IMG/VR virus record: IMGVR_UViG_3300021430_000595
Length of the DNA: 64,000 nucleotides
Reading direction: 5' to 3' (one strand)
DNA from: a virus
This document shows positions 50,397 through 60,073 of the stretch, piece by piece. A program made the position numbers and the translations under genes. Each line of letters begins with the position of its first letter. Position 1 is the stretch's first letter. The notes below the pieces were generated by a model, which was not told where the DNA came from, did not search any database, and was given only the letters and a program-made list of their open reading frames with translations.

Positions 50397-50517
50397 TGGA
50401 AAAAATACGAAAAAAAATTGACATAATCAAGTATTGGTTGAGAATTTTTTCACTTTTTCAGATACAACATATTTATAGGTAAGATAAAAATAAAAATAAT
50501 TAAAAACAAATATAGAC

Positions 50518-51006
50518 ATGGCAGATTTATTAATGAAAATGCCGGTTCCTTATGAACCGAAAAGAGTTAACCGATTCATCCTTAGATTCCCATCATCTTT
50601 GGGTATCAATGAATGGTATGTAGCATCAGCAGCTAGACCTAGTGCAAAAATAAATTCAGTTGCAATTCCGTTTATTAATACTTCAACATATGTTGCAGGT
50701 AGATTTGAGTGGAATGAGATAAGAGTTACCTTCAAAGACCCAATCGGTCCTTCAGCATCTCAAGCATTAATGGAATGGTTCCGTTTACACGCAGAATCTG
50801 TTACAGGTCGTATGGGTTATGCTGCTGGTTATAAGAAAGATATTGAATTAGAAATGTTAGACCCAACGGGGGTTGTTGTAGAGAAATGGATTCTACAAGG
50901 TACATTTATCACTGATTTGAACTTCAACGAACTTGATTATTCAAGAGATGATATCGCATCAATCACTTGTTCATTAAGAATGGATAGATGTATTCAAGTG
51001 TATTGA
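50518..51006 (+). CDS. Tail tube protein (gp19-like)
   Basis: EPKRVNRF, YVAGRFEW, MEW..GYAAGYKKD, W.LQGTF; follows the sheath. Confidence 0.92.
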   Translation: MADLLMKMPVPYEPKRVNRFILRFPSSLGINEWYVASAARPSAKINSVAIPFINTSTYVAGRFEWNEIRVTFKDPIGPSASQALMEWFRLHAESVTGRMGYAAGYKKDIELEMLDPTGVVVEKWILQGTFITDLNFNELDYSRDDIASITCSLRMDRCIQVY

Positions 51007-51067
51007 TTTTTTATTTATACATATCTGTCCATTGTTAAAGTACTTAAAATTCCATATATTTATTTAT

Positions 51068-51955
51068 ATGGAATTTTTTATTTGTAAAATTTGTAAAAAA
51101 GAATGTGACGGATTAATTGGTTTGAGAAGTCACTCTTCGTTATCTCATGGTTTGGATTCAGAAACAATTTATGTTGAGTATATTTTAAACGGAAATAAAC
51201 CAAAATGTGAATGTGGTTGCGGTGGTGATTCTCCGTTTATTTCAATAGGAAAAGGATTTTCAAGATTTATTAAAACACATCACAATCGAGTTCCCGGAAA
51301 AAACAACTTCCACAAAAATCCAGAATCAAAAATAAAATCTGCAAAAACTCAATCTGAAAATTGGAAAAAGGGGTTATATCGTAAATGGTGGGAAGAAAAC
51401 ACCCAAGAAACCAAAAGTAAAATTGAGGGTATAAAAGAAAAGTTACGTAATGATATTGACCGAGGTCGTAAAATATCAAAATCTCTTACCGGTAAAAAAA
51501 TGAATGGTGGGGTTAAAACGAAAATATCCAATTCTCAAAAACAAAGATTAGACAATCCGGAAATAAGAAAAAAAATGTCCGAAAAAAGGGTAAATTGGTT
51601 AAAGAACAAACAAAACAAAAAAAAGACCAAACTTGAAAAAAAATTTGAATCAATACTCGATTTACTAAATTTAAAAAATGAATTTCAACATGAATTCAAA
51701 CATAGGTTATTTGATTTTTATTTAACCGATTACAATATCTTAATAGAAGTTGATGGTGATTTTTACCATTGTAACCCATTATTATTCGAATCCCCAATGT
51801 ATGAAGTACAAAGACTAACACTAAATAACGATAGGTATAAGAATCGAATCTGTAAAAACCACGGAATAACTTTAATTAGGTATTGGGAAAAAGATATAAA
51901 CGAAAATCCTGAGTGGGTAATAAAAGATTTAAAACAGAGGTTAGAAATCATTTAA
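51068..51955 (+). CDS. Homing endonuclease: Zn finger + NUMOD3-like + Vsr/DUF559 (EDxHD-type) domain
   Basis: CKIC..H..H, CECGCG, KISKSLTGKK, FDFYL..LIEVDGDFYH..D..KN..IRYWE. Confidence 0.8.
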   Translation: MEFFICKICKKECDGLIGLRSHSSLSHGLDSETIYVEYILNGNKPKCECGCGGDSPFISIGKGFSRFIKTHHNRVPGKNNFHKNPESKIKSAKTQSENWKKGLYRKWWEENTQETKSKIEGIKEKLRNDIDRGRKISKSLTGKKMNGGVKTKISNSQKQRLDNPEIRKKMSEKRVNWLKNKQNKKKTKLEKKFESILDLLNLKNEFQHEFKHRLFDFYLTDYNILIEVDGDFYHCNPLLFESPMYEVQRLTLNNDRYKNRICKNHGITLIRYWEKDINENPEWVIKDLKQRLEII

Positions 51956-51959
51956 CATA

Positions 51960-51992
51960 AAAGGTCTCTCAAAAGGAGACCTTTACTTTTTT
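51960..51992 (+). terminator. Rho-independent terminator
   Basis: aaaggtctct-caaa-aggagaccttt followed by a T run. Confidence 0.75.
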
Positions 51993-52034
51993 ATTTAAGT
52001 TTTGTAAATTAAACTAGTTATAATAAAAAGAAAT

Positions 52035-52784
52035 ATGGAAGAATTCAGAATAGACCCAACCATTGCGTATGATGTTGTAGAACTACCTTCAAGAGGTATC
52101 CACTACCAAAACAAAAAAAAGTCAATAAAAGTTGCGTATTTAACCGCAGCAGATGAAAATATTTTATCTTCGTCAAATTTAATTGCAAATAATATGGTAA
52201 CTGAAGAGTTACTAAAGAGAAAGATTTTAGACAAAGATTTCCAAATTGAGGAAATGGTTGATGAAGATAAACAAGCAGTTTTAATCTTTTTAAGAAATAC
52301 GGCATTTGGTTCAGAATATACTTTCTATTTAACAGACCCTAAAACTAATGAGGAGTTTACAACAAACATTGATTTATCCGAATTAAAATTCAAAGATTTT
52401 AATTTAGAATCTGATGTGAATGGTGAATACCCATACCGAATGGAAAAGAGTGGTGTTGATATTACATTCAAATTTTTAACTCAAAAACAAATTAAAGAAT
52501 TGGATGAGATTGAAAAAAGTTGGAATGGAAATGGGGTTGCACCTATTGCAACAAAAAGACTTGAAATGATGATTAAATCAGTTGCTGGTAACCGTGACAT
52601 GATGAATATACATAATTTTATCCAAAAATTACCTATTAAAGATTCCCAAGACTTCAGAAAATATGTTAGGGAAAATACACCGGGTTTAGACCTTAAAAAA
52701 ACAGTAAAATCCCCGTCAGGAGAGTCCATGCTAGTAGAAGTCGGATTCGGGGTCGAGTTTTTTCGCCCTTTCTACGGAATATAG
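52035..52784 (+). CDS. Tail/baseplate hub assembly chaperone (T4 gp26-like)
   Basis: VELPSRG..Y, LTAADENIL, D..AVLIFLR..AFG, PGLD..GVEFF; between tube and tape measure. Confidence 0.8.
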   Translation: MEEFRIDPTIAYDVVELPSRGIHYQNKKKSIKVAYLTAADENILSSSNLIANNMVTEELLKRKILDKDFQIEEMVDEDKQAVLIFLRNTAFGSEYTFYLTDPKTNEEFTTNIDLSELKFKDFNLESDVNGEYPYRMEKSGVDITFKFLTQKQIKELDEIEKSWNGNGVAPIATKRLEMMIKSVAGNRDMMNIHNFIQKLPIKDSQDFRKYVRENTPGLDLKKTVKSPSGESMLVEVGFGVEFFRPFYGI

Positions 52785-52917
52785 GAAAGGTCAATTAGAT
52801 GAAATTTTATTTCTAATTAAGAGAGGGTTCTCTTATGGGGATATTATTACTATGCCCGTTTATTTAAGAAGATATTATGTTAGTTATATTATAGAATTAG
52901 AAAATAGTGTTGATTAA
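52759..52917 (+). CDS. Start-less gp51-like chaperone extension in the +1 frame (frameshift product)
   Basis: FFALSTEYRKGQLDEILFLIKRGFSYGDIITMPVYLRRYYVSYIIELENSVD*; in-frame TAG at 52735 and no ATG/GTG/TTG before 52852. Confidence 0.7.
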   Translation, partial: FFALSTEYRKGQLDEILFLIKRGFSYGDIITMPVYLRRYYVSYIIELENSVD

Positions 52918-52937
52918 TATTTATCTATAAAAGAATT

Positions 52938-54866
52938 ATGGCGGTTAGACAGTCAACAATAGATTTAGCGGTTAGTGCAAATGGTGGTAGGGGTGATTGG
53001 CCTCGATTCATTGATGAGTATGCTCAAGATGAACGTTTAGATAAAAACAATCCATCAGATTATGCTAAAATTCAAAACGCCTTTAATCAATATAGGTCAG
53101 CACCCCCAAGTTCAAATACAAATAGTGGGGGTGGTAATGTAAAACCAGCGAATGCGTTTCAAAAAATAATGGGTGGTGTTATAGGTACAGCCGCGGATTT
53201 AGCGGGTGCTAGTAAATCACAAGGTTATATGCCGGGTGTTAACGAAGAAATAGCATCTTTAGAATCGATGCTTGGCACATTATTAGATGCTAAAGGTAAT
53301 TTAAAAGATATAAATGACCTTTTTTCCGTTGGTGGTGATTTATTAAAAAACCAAACATTATTATATCTAAAAACCCAAACAGAACTATTAAGACAAATTA
53401 ATAGGGAGGCCGGATTAACAGGTAAATTTTCTGAAGATTTAAGAGATGAATTAACCCAAACAAATCCTGAATTATTAAGAATTGGTATTGGATTTGGAGA
53501 ATTAGTTGATGCCCAAAAAAGTTTAATTTCCGATTCGGGAAGATTTTTAGCGTTAAATAGAGAATCTTGGAAAGAAGCTGGTGTTGCAGCCACGGCATAT
53601 GTTGGTAGTTTATCTCAATTGGTTAGCATGTTCCCCGCATTTGAACAAGTGGGTATCGGAGCATCTGATGTTGCTGAACAAGTAAAAATTGCTGGTGGTA
53701 GGTCAATAGAACTAGGTTTACAATCACAAAAAATAACAGCGGGATTAAAAACGGAAATTGGTAGACTTAATGAGTTTGGTTTCAAAAATGGTGTCCAAGG
53801 ACTAACTGAAATGGTTAGAAAATCAACCGAATTCAGAATGAATATGGATTCGGTATTTAAAATTGCGGATGACCTTTTTGACCCTGATAAAGCAATAAAT
53901 TTATCAGCAAATTTACAAGCGATTGGTGGTGCGATTGGAGATTTCAATGACCCATTAAAGTTAATGTATATGGCAACAAATAATGTTGAAGGATTACAAG
54001 ACGCATTAATCGGAGTTGCGGGTTCTTTAGCAACATACAATCAAGAACAAGGTAGATTTGAAATCACAGGTGTTAATTTAAGGAAAGCAAAAGCAATGGC
54101 TGACGAACTTGATATTTCGTATAAAGAATTAGAAAAAGGTGCAATAGCGGCGGCTGAAAGGTCTTCAGCATCAGCAGCTTTAATGGCGTCAGGGTTAGAT
54201 TTAGATGATGACACAAAAAGATTTTTAACAAATATCTCAACCATGAAGGATGGAAAAATGACAATTCAACTTCAAGGTGAGGAAATGAGAAAAGTTTTTG
54301 GTGCGAATGAAATTGCTTTAGAAAACTTAACATCAAGTCAATTACAGCAATTAAAACAATACCAAGATGAATTTGCTAAGTTAACACCTGAACAAATTAT
54401 TGAAAAACAAGCTACCGATGTTGAAAATATGGAAAGAAATGTCGGTTACATTTTTGCATTACTAAGAAATGAATTTGGTTCAAGTGCTAGAAAGGTAGCT
54501 AAAGAATTTAATTTAGACCCAGCGGCGTTCTTATCCGGTAAAATAAAACAAGCTGCAGATACTGCGGCACCTGTTATCAAAAATCAAGGAGAGAAATTAA
54601 GAAAATATACGACCGAAGTTGCGGGTAAATTAAAATCTCCAGAACCTATGAGTGTCGACAATAAATCTAAAGAAACAAAAACAGAAACCAACACCGAATC
54701 ACAAAAAGTTGCTAGAGTTGAAACTAAAGTAACGGTTCAAGCGAATGATGTGACGGCAAATAGTTTAGCTCAATATTGGATAAAGAGCCCATCAACAATG
54801 AATGATATTGGTAATAGTATATTTGGAGACAAGGGAGATTATACAAGAATACCATTTATTTCATAA
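52938..54866 (+). CDS. Tape measure-like protein
   Basis: Ala/Gly/Leu-rich helical protein after the chaperone genes. Confidence 0.7.
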   Translation: MAVRQSTIDLAVSANGGRGDWPRFIDEYAQDERLDKNNPSDYAKIQNAFNQYRSAPPSSNTNSGGGNVKPANAFQKIMGGVIGTAADLAGASKSQGYMPGVNEEIASLESMLGTLLDAKGNLKDINDLFSVGGDLLKNQTLLYLKTQTELLRQINREAGLTGKFSEDLRDELTQTNPELLRIGIGFGELVDAQKSLISDSGRFLALNRESWKEAGVAATAYVGSLSQLVSMFPAFEQVGIGASDVAEQVKIAGGRSIELGLQSQKITAGLKTEIGRLNEFGFKNGVQGLTEMVRKSTEFRMNMDSVFKIADDLFDPDKAINLSANLQAIGGAIGDFNDPLKLMYMATNNVEGLQDALIGVAGSLATYNQEQGRFEITGVNLRKAKAMADELDISYKELEKGAIAAAERSSASAALMASGLDLDDDTKRFLTNISTMKDGKMTIQLQGEEMRKVFGANEIALENLTSSQLQQLKQYQDEFAKLTPEQIIEKQATDVENMERNVGYIFALLRNEFGSSARKVAKEFNLDPAAFLSGKIKQAADTAAPVIKNQGEKLRKYTTEVAGKLKSPEPMSVDNKSKETKTETNTESQKVARVETKVTVQANDVTANSLAQYWIKSPSTMNDIGNSIFGDKGDYTRIPFIS

Positions 54867-54899
54867 ACAATAAAATAAATTTAACCTATTTATACATAA

Positions 54900-57800
54900 A
54901 TGCCAACATATTTAGATTTTAATAGTACAAAATCATTTAGGGATTTTTTAATAGCGAAAACCTTAAATAGACCTAATGGACCACAGACGTTCAATAGTGG
55001 TAATTATGCTGTTCAAAATCTAAGTAATTTTTCAAACGTAGACCCGGGTGATGTTAAAACTGATTGGCCGGTTTATTTTGGTCAAAATTTCATTAATTTA
55101 TATGTACCACCAAATAATATAATTGAAGAGTATACCAATACATCTTTACCTATATTAGCTCTTTTGAATGGTGGTATAAATCCACAAGGATATATTAATT
55201 CATTTGAACCACAAACAACAAACTTAATTAGTATAATGTTAGGACAAAACTTTGATAACGACTCAAGGTTAATGAAGTTCGCAACAACTAATATAAGAGA
55301 AAACAGACAAGGACCCGTATTTGCGAGATTACAACAAAATTTAGAATCTGCGACTTTAGGTAGAGTAAGGGTAATTGATGCTATTGAAGGTAATTTATCC
55401 ACCGCAATTAATTTAGTTACAGGTAGAGAACCTTTAATTGAAAAGAACTATAAAATTACTGTAGCATCAACTTTATTAGGTAAAGGTGTTGATTTCTTAC
55501 AAACAGTTTCTGGTGTTGAATTTCCATTTAGTGAAATTCCGGGTGATTATTTATCAAACCCAAGAAGACCGGTTGAGAACAGACCAACACCAAGAACAGA
55601 AGCAGGTGCAATTTTACAAGACGTTACAGGTGTCTTAGGTTCATTAGTAGGAATACAAAGAAGACCAAAATTAACTAGAAAACCTTCAGACTTGTTTATT
55701 GAATATATGGGACAAGGTCAAAAACAAATACTATTTGACCAACTATCATATTCAACATACGCACCAAATTACACAACAACCGCAAGGTCACAACAATCAT
55801 CAAAAATATTTAACTTTGTTAATAATGTTGCTGGTAGTGTAAAAGAATTTTTAGGTTTAGAAGCACCAAAAGGTGTTGCATATATTGGTGATGATAGAAG
55901 TGAGGATGTTAAGTATACAATGTCCGACTTTAATGATAACATGGTTAAAAGTAGTTATTATTTAAGTCTATTATTTGACCCTGTACAAGCGTCTTTATTT
56001 GAAAGACAAAGAAACATATCTGAGGGTGGTGCTATAAGTACTAAACTTACTTGGATAAGCAAAAACTCACAAAATAAGATTGGTTTACATAACCAAGAAT
56101 TTCAATCACAAGAGGCGGATGCGTTTAACAACTCAATTTCCACAAAATATGGATTTAGAGAAGACTCAATACTTGGTAAAACACAAGAGTTACTTAACTC
56201 GATGCCAAAAGATGGTTTATCTTCAAGAACACACGTCGGTAACGTAATTGACCAAACAAGTAGAATTTTTAAAGAAGGTGATTCTATGTTATCGAGAGGT
56301 TCAGCAATAAAGTTTGTTGACCAATTTAGTCAAGAAACAGGTGCGGAATTTTGTAGAGTATGGACAAAAGATAGGTCGTATATGAACTATTCAGATACTA
56401 TGAAACGAACTGCAAATATTAGAAAGTTTGATGATAGTATTATGGGTGGTGAAAGTAGACCATGGAATATTAATATTGCTCCAATGTCAAGTGGAAATTA
56501 TGATGCAAAAAATAGTTTCAGAAATTCATTTGGTGCAAGAAATTCTACTAACATTTTAAGTGGACCTGACCCTGTAACTGGTTATGGTGCTGATGGTTTC
56601 TATGCTAAAAAATATATGTTCTCTATTGAGAACTTAGCATGGAGAACATCCAACACACCGGGTTTCACATATAATGATTTACCATTTTGTGAAAGAGGTC
56701 CTAATGGTGGGCGTGTTATGTGGTTTCCACCATATGATTTAAAAATTAGTGAAAATAACCAAGCTAGATGGCAAGATAATACCTTCTTAGGTAGACCGGA
56801 ACCAATCTACACATACCAAGACACATCAAGAAGTGGTCAATTGTCATTCAAAGTAATTGTTGACCATCCAAGTATATTGAATTTATTAGTTAGAGAATAT
56901 TTTAAAGATATGTCTGATGAAGAGTCAGAAAACTACATCAATGCGTTTTTTGCGGGTTGTGAAGAACTTGATTTTTATTCACTAATTAGAAGATTTGCAC
57001 AGTTAGATTCCAATGACATTAAATTAATTCAATCATATTTAAATAAGGGTGTTGACCCTGAAGTTATACAACAATACAAGATAACTACAGAATTTCCTGT
57101 AGTACCTGACCCCGGTACAAGTAACGTAAAAAATGAAGATACTATTAATTCAGGTAAAATTGTTTTAAAATATGAAAATGATAGACCCGACCCAAATAAT
57201 TTAAAAATAAGGACAGACCAAAATTACACAAAACTATATGAGTCATACGTTACTCCTGCAAATAAACAAAAATATGTTGACACTCTTGGTAGTGCATTAT
57301 TAACATTATCGGGATTAACACAAACTGACCCACAAGTAGTTAAAGAAAAAGAATATGTTTTTGGTTCAAATATCAATATAACTCAAACAAATATCGATTT
57401 TCAAAAATCAGAATTATCGGGTTATTTTGATGAAGCTCAAAACAATTATAACAAATATGTGGAGACGATTAATCAACTTGTGGATAGTCTTTCGGGTAAA
57501 ACCGCACAAAATATTGTAATAAAAATTGAATCCTCTTGTTCGTCTGTTGCATCTAACGACTACAACGAAAGATTGGCAATGAGAAGAAGTCACAGTGTTA
57601 TCCAAGATATTTTTGATAGAATAAAGAAAGATAATACTAAACCCCCCGATATTAAATGGCCGTTAAAGTTTACTCCTGTAAACAAAAATAATGGTGAAAA
57701 TGATAAGGAAATAATACAAAAGGGTGAACCAATTGTAATCATAAAAGAATATGATTTAAAAAGTTTTGGGTACGATTATGAAGGTAAATTAATTATACAG

Positions 57801-59747
57801 TCTAGAAATTATGGTGAGAATTTTACAGGTAAAGAAAATAATCCTGAACAAAATTGTATAGGTAAAGAATTTGTTAAGGTAAAAGATTTAAAAGTTGTCT
57901 CACCAATAGCGTTTTATTGTAGACAAACAACTTTTGAATTAAAATATCAAAACAGTTCAGAAAAACCTCTACCACCGGCACCAACACCTACACCTATTAC
58001 ACGTTTAGAACCAAATGGTCAAATCGCAGCATCTCAACCTAGTAGAAGACCCGCAATTGACCCATTAAAAAGAATTATTGCAAAAACACTATCTGAGTGT
58101 TTCTATTTTAAGAAACTTGAAGAGAACGACCCAATAGTTTTTAAATCTTTAAAAGATAAATTAAAGTATTTCCATCCAGCATTTCACTCTATGACACCGG
58201 AAGGATTAAATGCTCGTTTAACTTTCTTATTGCAATGTATTAGACCGGGTGATACTATACCAATTAAAGGTATTTCGGATGATACAGATTTAAGGGCGAG
58301 AAATACATCTTTCGGTCCACCTCCTGTTTGTATTTTAAGAATCGGTGATTTCTATCACTCAAAAGTTGTTATTAGGGACGTTAACATATCATATGATGAG
58401 GGTGGTCAAATGTTGTGGGATTTAAACCCTGAAGGTATTGGTGTACAACCAATGATTGCAACAGTTACACTTTCATTAAACTTTATTGGTGGACAGGGTT
58501 TATCGAAACCTGTTGAAAGATTACAAAACGCATTATCATCTAACTTCTTTGCAAATACAGAAATGTATGATGAGAGGTCTATTGCAACAAACGAAAAGAT
58601 TGGTGGTCAAAATGCTGAAGAGTTTACTCGTAAATTTTTAGATGATTTAAATAAAAACTTTACCAACGCCACCGGTTCTGATACCACAAAAAATACCAAT
58701 AAGATTTCCGAGGGTGATTATATGGGCCAATTACAAGATGGTACTGTGTTAAATTATACATCATTAGTTAAATCAATGTTTGACGCAACTAAAGACTACT
58801 TTGACAAATACCAAAGTAAATATAATGAGGTTTATACCAAATACGGTAAGGATATTACCACAATGGTATTTAGTAATGATTACAGACCTATAAACCAATA
58901 TGATGTATTCACAATAACATCACCAACACCGGGTAAAACTTTATCATTAATTGGATTACACCAAAAAACAAAAGAATTGACGGTATATGGTTCAGGATTA
59001 AAAACAGGATTGGTTTCGTTTATTGAAACTTCAAGTGCAAACTATTTAGTTAACATGTTGAAATTTGATAAAGAAATGACAGGTTCAAAATTATCTGATA
59101 CCAATGAAAAAATACTTAAACCATTTTTAATAAAAGAGATTATTGAGAAAAAAATAAACTCATTAACCGATTCAGACATTATGTCTGATTTAGAGTCGTC
59201 AAGAAACGAATTGATAAAAGTATTGGATAAATTAAACTTTGTTATCAAAAACAGTAAGGATTCTACAGTGAAAGATGGTAAAGTTAATTCTTCTACACTA
59301 TCAGGTTTCACATCGGATATTTTATATAAAGAATATGAAACATGTATTGATTACATTGAGAAAAATAACCCAACACTAACTGAAGATTTAGGAACAAACA
59401 TTACATTCTTAAATCCAACAGTACAAAGTGTGGATTTTGATTTCATAATGAGTCAACTACTTTCAGATAGTGTTGATGCACTAATGGCACAATTTACGGA
59501 TACGTTACTTTATCCTGATAGTTTAAAGAAACAGTTAAGAAAGAGAGTTGAAAAATTCATTAACGTACCGGAAGAGAAGAAATTTAAACTAACCAAGTTT
59601 AAAAACAGAAAGAGTGACAAAGAAATTAAGTTTACAATTGCATCAACAGCGGAAGAAACAAACACATCGATAAAAGAGGAAGTTGAGAAAATATTCTCAG
59701 ACTCAAATGATGTAACAAATAAACTTAATTTTTATAGAAAAAAATAA
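54900..59747 (+). CDS. Large baseplate protein: tube-initiator-like segments flanking an OmpA-like insertion
   Basis: WFPPYDL..W..FLGRPEPIYTY..R..LSF; YNERLAMRRSHSV; PPVCILRIGDFY..QPMIATVTLSLNFIG. Confidence 0.6.
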   Translation: MPTYLDFNSTKSFRDFLIAKTLNRPNGPQTFNSGNYAVQNLSNFSNVDPGDVKTDWPVYFGQNFINLYVPPNNIIEEYTNTSLPILALLNGGINPQGYINSFEPQTTNLISIMLGQNFDNDSRLMKFATTNIRENRQGPVFARLQQNLESATLGRVRVIDAIEGNLSTAINLVTGREPLIEKNYKITVASTLLGKGVDFLQTVSGVEFPFSEIPGDYLSNPRRPVENRPTPRTEAGAILQDVTGVLGSLVGIQRRPKLTRKPSDLFIEYMGQGQKQILFDQLSYSTYAPNYTTTARSQQSSKIFNFVNNVAGSVKEFLGLEAPKGVAYIGDDRSEDVKYTMSDFNDNMVKSSYYLSLLFDPVQASLFERQRNISEGGAISTKLTWISKNSQNKIGLHNQEFQSQEADAFNNSISTKYGFREDSILGKTQELLNSMPKDGLSSRTHVGNVIDQTSRIFKEGDSMLSRGSAIKFVDQFSQETGAEFCRVWTKDRSYMNYSDTMKRTANIRKFDDSIMGGESRPWNINIAPMSSGNYDAKNSFRNSFGARNSTNILSGPDPVTGYGADGFYAKKYMFSIENLAWRTSNTPGFTYNDLPFCERGPNGGRVMWFPPYDLKISENNQARWQDNTFLGRPEPIYTYQDTSRSGQLSFKVIVDHPSILNLLVREYFKDMSDEESENYINAFFAGCEELDFYSLIRRFAQLDSNDIKLIQSYLNKGVDPEVIQQYKITTEFPVVPDPGTSNVKNEDTINSGKIVLKYENDRPDPNNLKIRTDQNYTKLYESYVTPANKQKYVDTLGSALLTLSGLTQTDPQVVKEKEYVFGSNINITQTNIDFQKSELSGYFDEAQNNYNKYVETINQLVDSLSGKTAQNIVIKIESSCSSVASNDYNERLAMRRSHSVIQDIFDRIKKDNTKPPDIKWPLKFTPVNKNNGENDKEIIQKGEPIVIIKEYDLKSFGYDYEGKLIIQSRNYGENFTGKENNPEQNCIGKEFVKVKDLKVVSPIAFYCRQTTFELKYQNSSEKPLPPAPTPTPITRLEPNGQIAASQPSRRPAIDPLKRIIAKTLSECFYFKKLEENDPIVFKSLKDKLKYFHPAFHSMTPEGLNARLTFLLQCIRPGDTIPIKGISDDTDLRARNTSFGPPPVCILRIGDFYHSKVVIRDVNISYDEGGQMLWDLNPEGIGVQPMIATVTLSLNFIGGQGLSKPVERLQNALSSNFFANTEMYDERSIATNEKIGGQNAEEFTRKFLDDLNKNFTNATGSDTTKNTNKISEGDYMGQLQDGTVLNYTSLVKSMFDATKDYFDKYQSKYNEVYTKYGKDITTMVFSNDYRPINQYDVFTITSPTPGKTLSLIGLHQKTKELTVYGSGLKTGLVSFIETSSANYLVNMLKFDKEMTGSKLSDTNEKILKPFLIKEIIEKKINSLTDSDIMSDLESSRNELIKVLDKLNFVIKNSKDSTVKDGKVNSSTLSGFTSDILYKEYETCIDYIEKNNPTLTEDLGTNITFLNPTVQSVDFDFIMSQLLSDSVDALMAQFTDTLLYPDSLKKQLRKRVEKFINVPEEKKFKLTKFKNRKSDKEIKFTIASTAEETNTSIKEEVEKIFSDSNDVTNKLNFYRKK

Positions 59748-60073
59748 TGAGTAGACAATATTTCGATAGATATCAATTTTTTATTGAAGATGGTAATTTT
59801 AGAATAGTTCCCGGTATTGAAATACCAATAAAAACTACCGACAGATATATGTTCTATAAAAAAGGTAGGGACAGATTAGATAAAATATCACAGGATTATT
59901 ACGGTACTCCTGTTTTTGGTTGGTTAATTCTTCAAGCTAACCCAACCGCTGGTAGTGTGGAGTTTGAAATACCCGATAATTTTGTAATTAGAGTACCATT
60001 TCCTCTAGTTACCTCTTTACAAGATTACAGAAGAAATGTAGAATTATATAATCTATATTATGGAGAACAATAA
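59747..60073 (+). CDS. LysM-like baseplate wedge protein (gp53-like)
   Basis: DRLDKISQDYYGTP..W.ILQANP..IRVP. Confidence 0.8.
   Translation: MSRQYFDRYQFFIEDGNFRIVPGIEIPIKTTDRYMFYKKGRDRLDKISQDYYGTPVFGWLILQANPTAGSVEFEIPDNFVIRVPFPLVTSLQDYRRNVELYNLYYGEQ

Noticed and set aside
50225-50517. CRISPR mini-array or tRNA in the sheath-tube gap
   Set aside because: Motifs are only 4-6 bp with irregular spacing; no cloverleaf or T-loop seen. No tRNA recognised anywhere in the window.
52755-52799. Classical -1 frameshift at G-TTT-TTT
   Set aside because: The -1 frame reads SPFLRNIGKVN then TAG; the meaningful extension is in the +1/-2 frame.
688-54893. Canonical T4 late promoter TATAAATA driving these genes
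   Set aside because: Where present it lies on the non-coding strand pointing away from the adjacent gene; the consistently oriented motif is TATTTAT.
47372-60073. Bacterial extracellular contractile injection system or prophage
   Set aside because: Capsid, portal, terminase and polymerase are present; no integrase or host chromosomal context.
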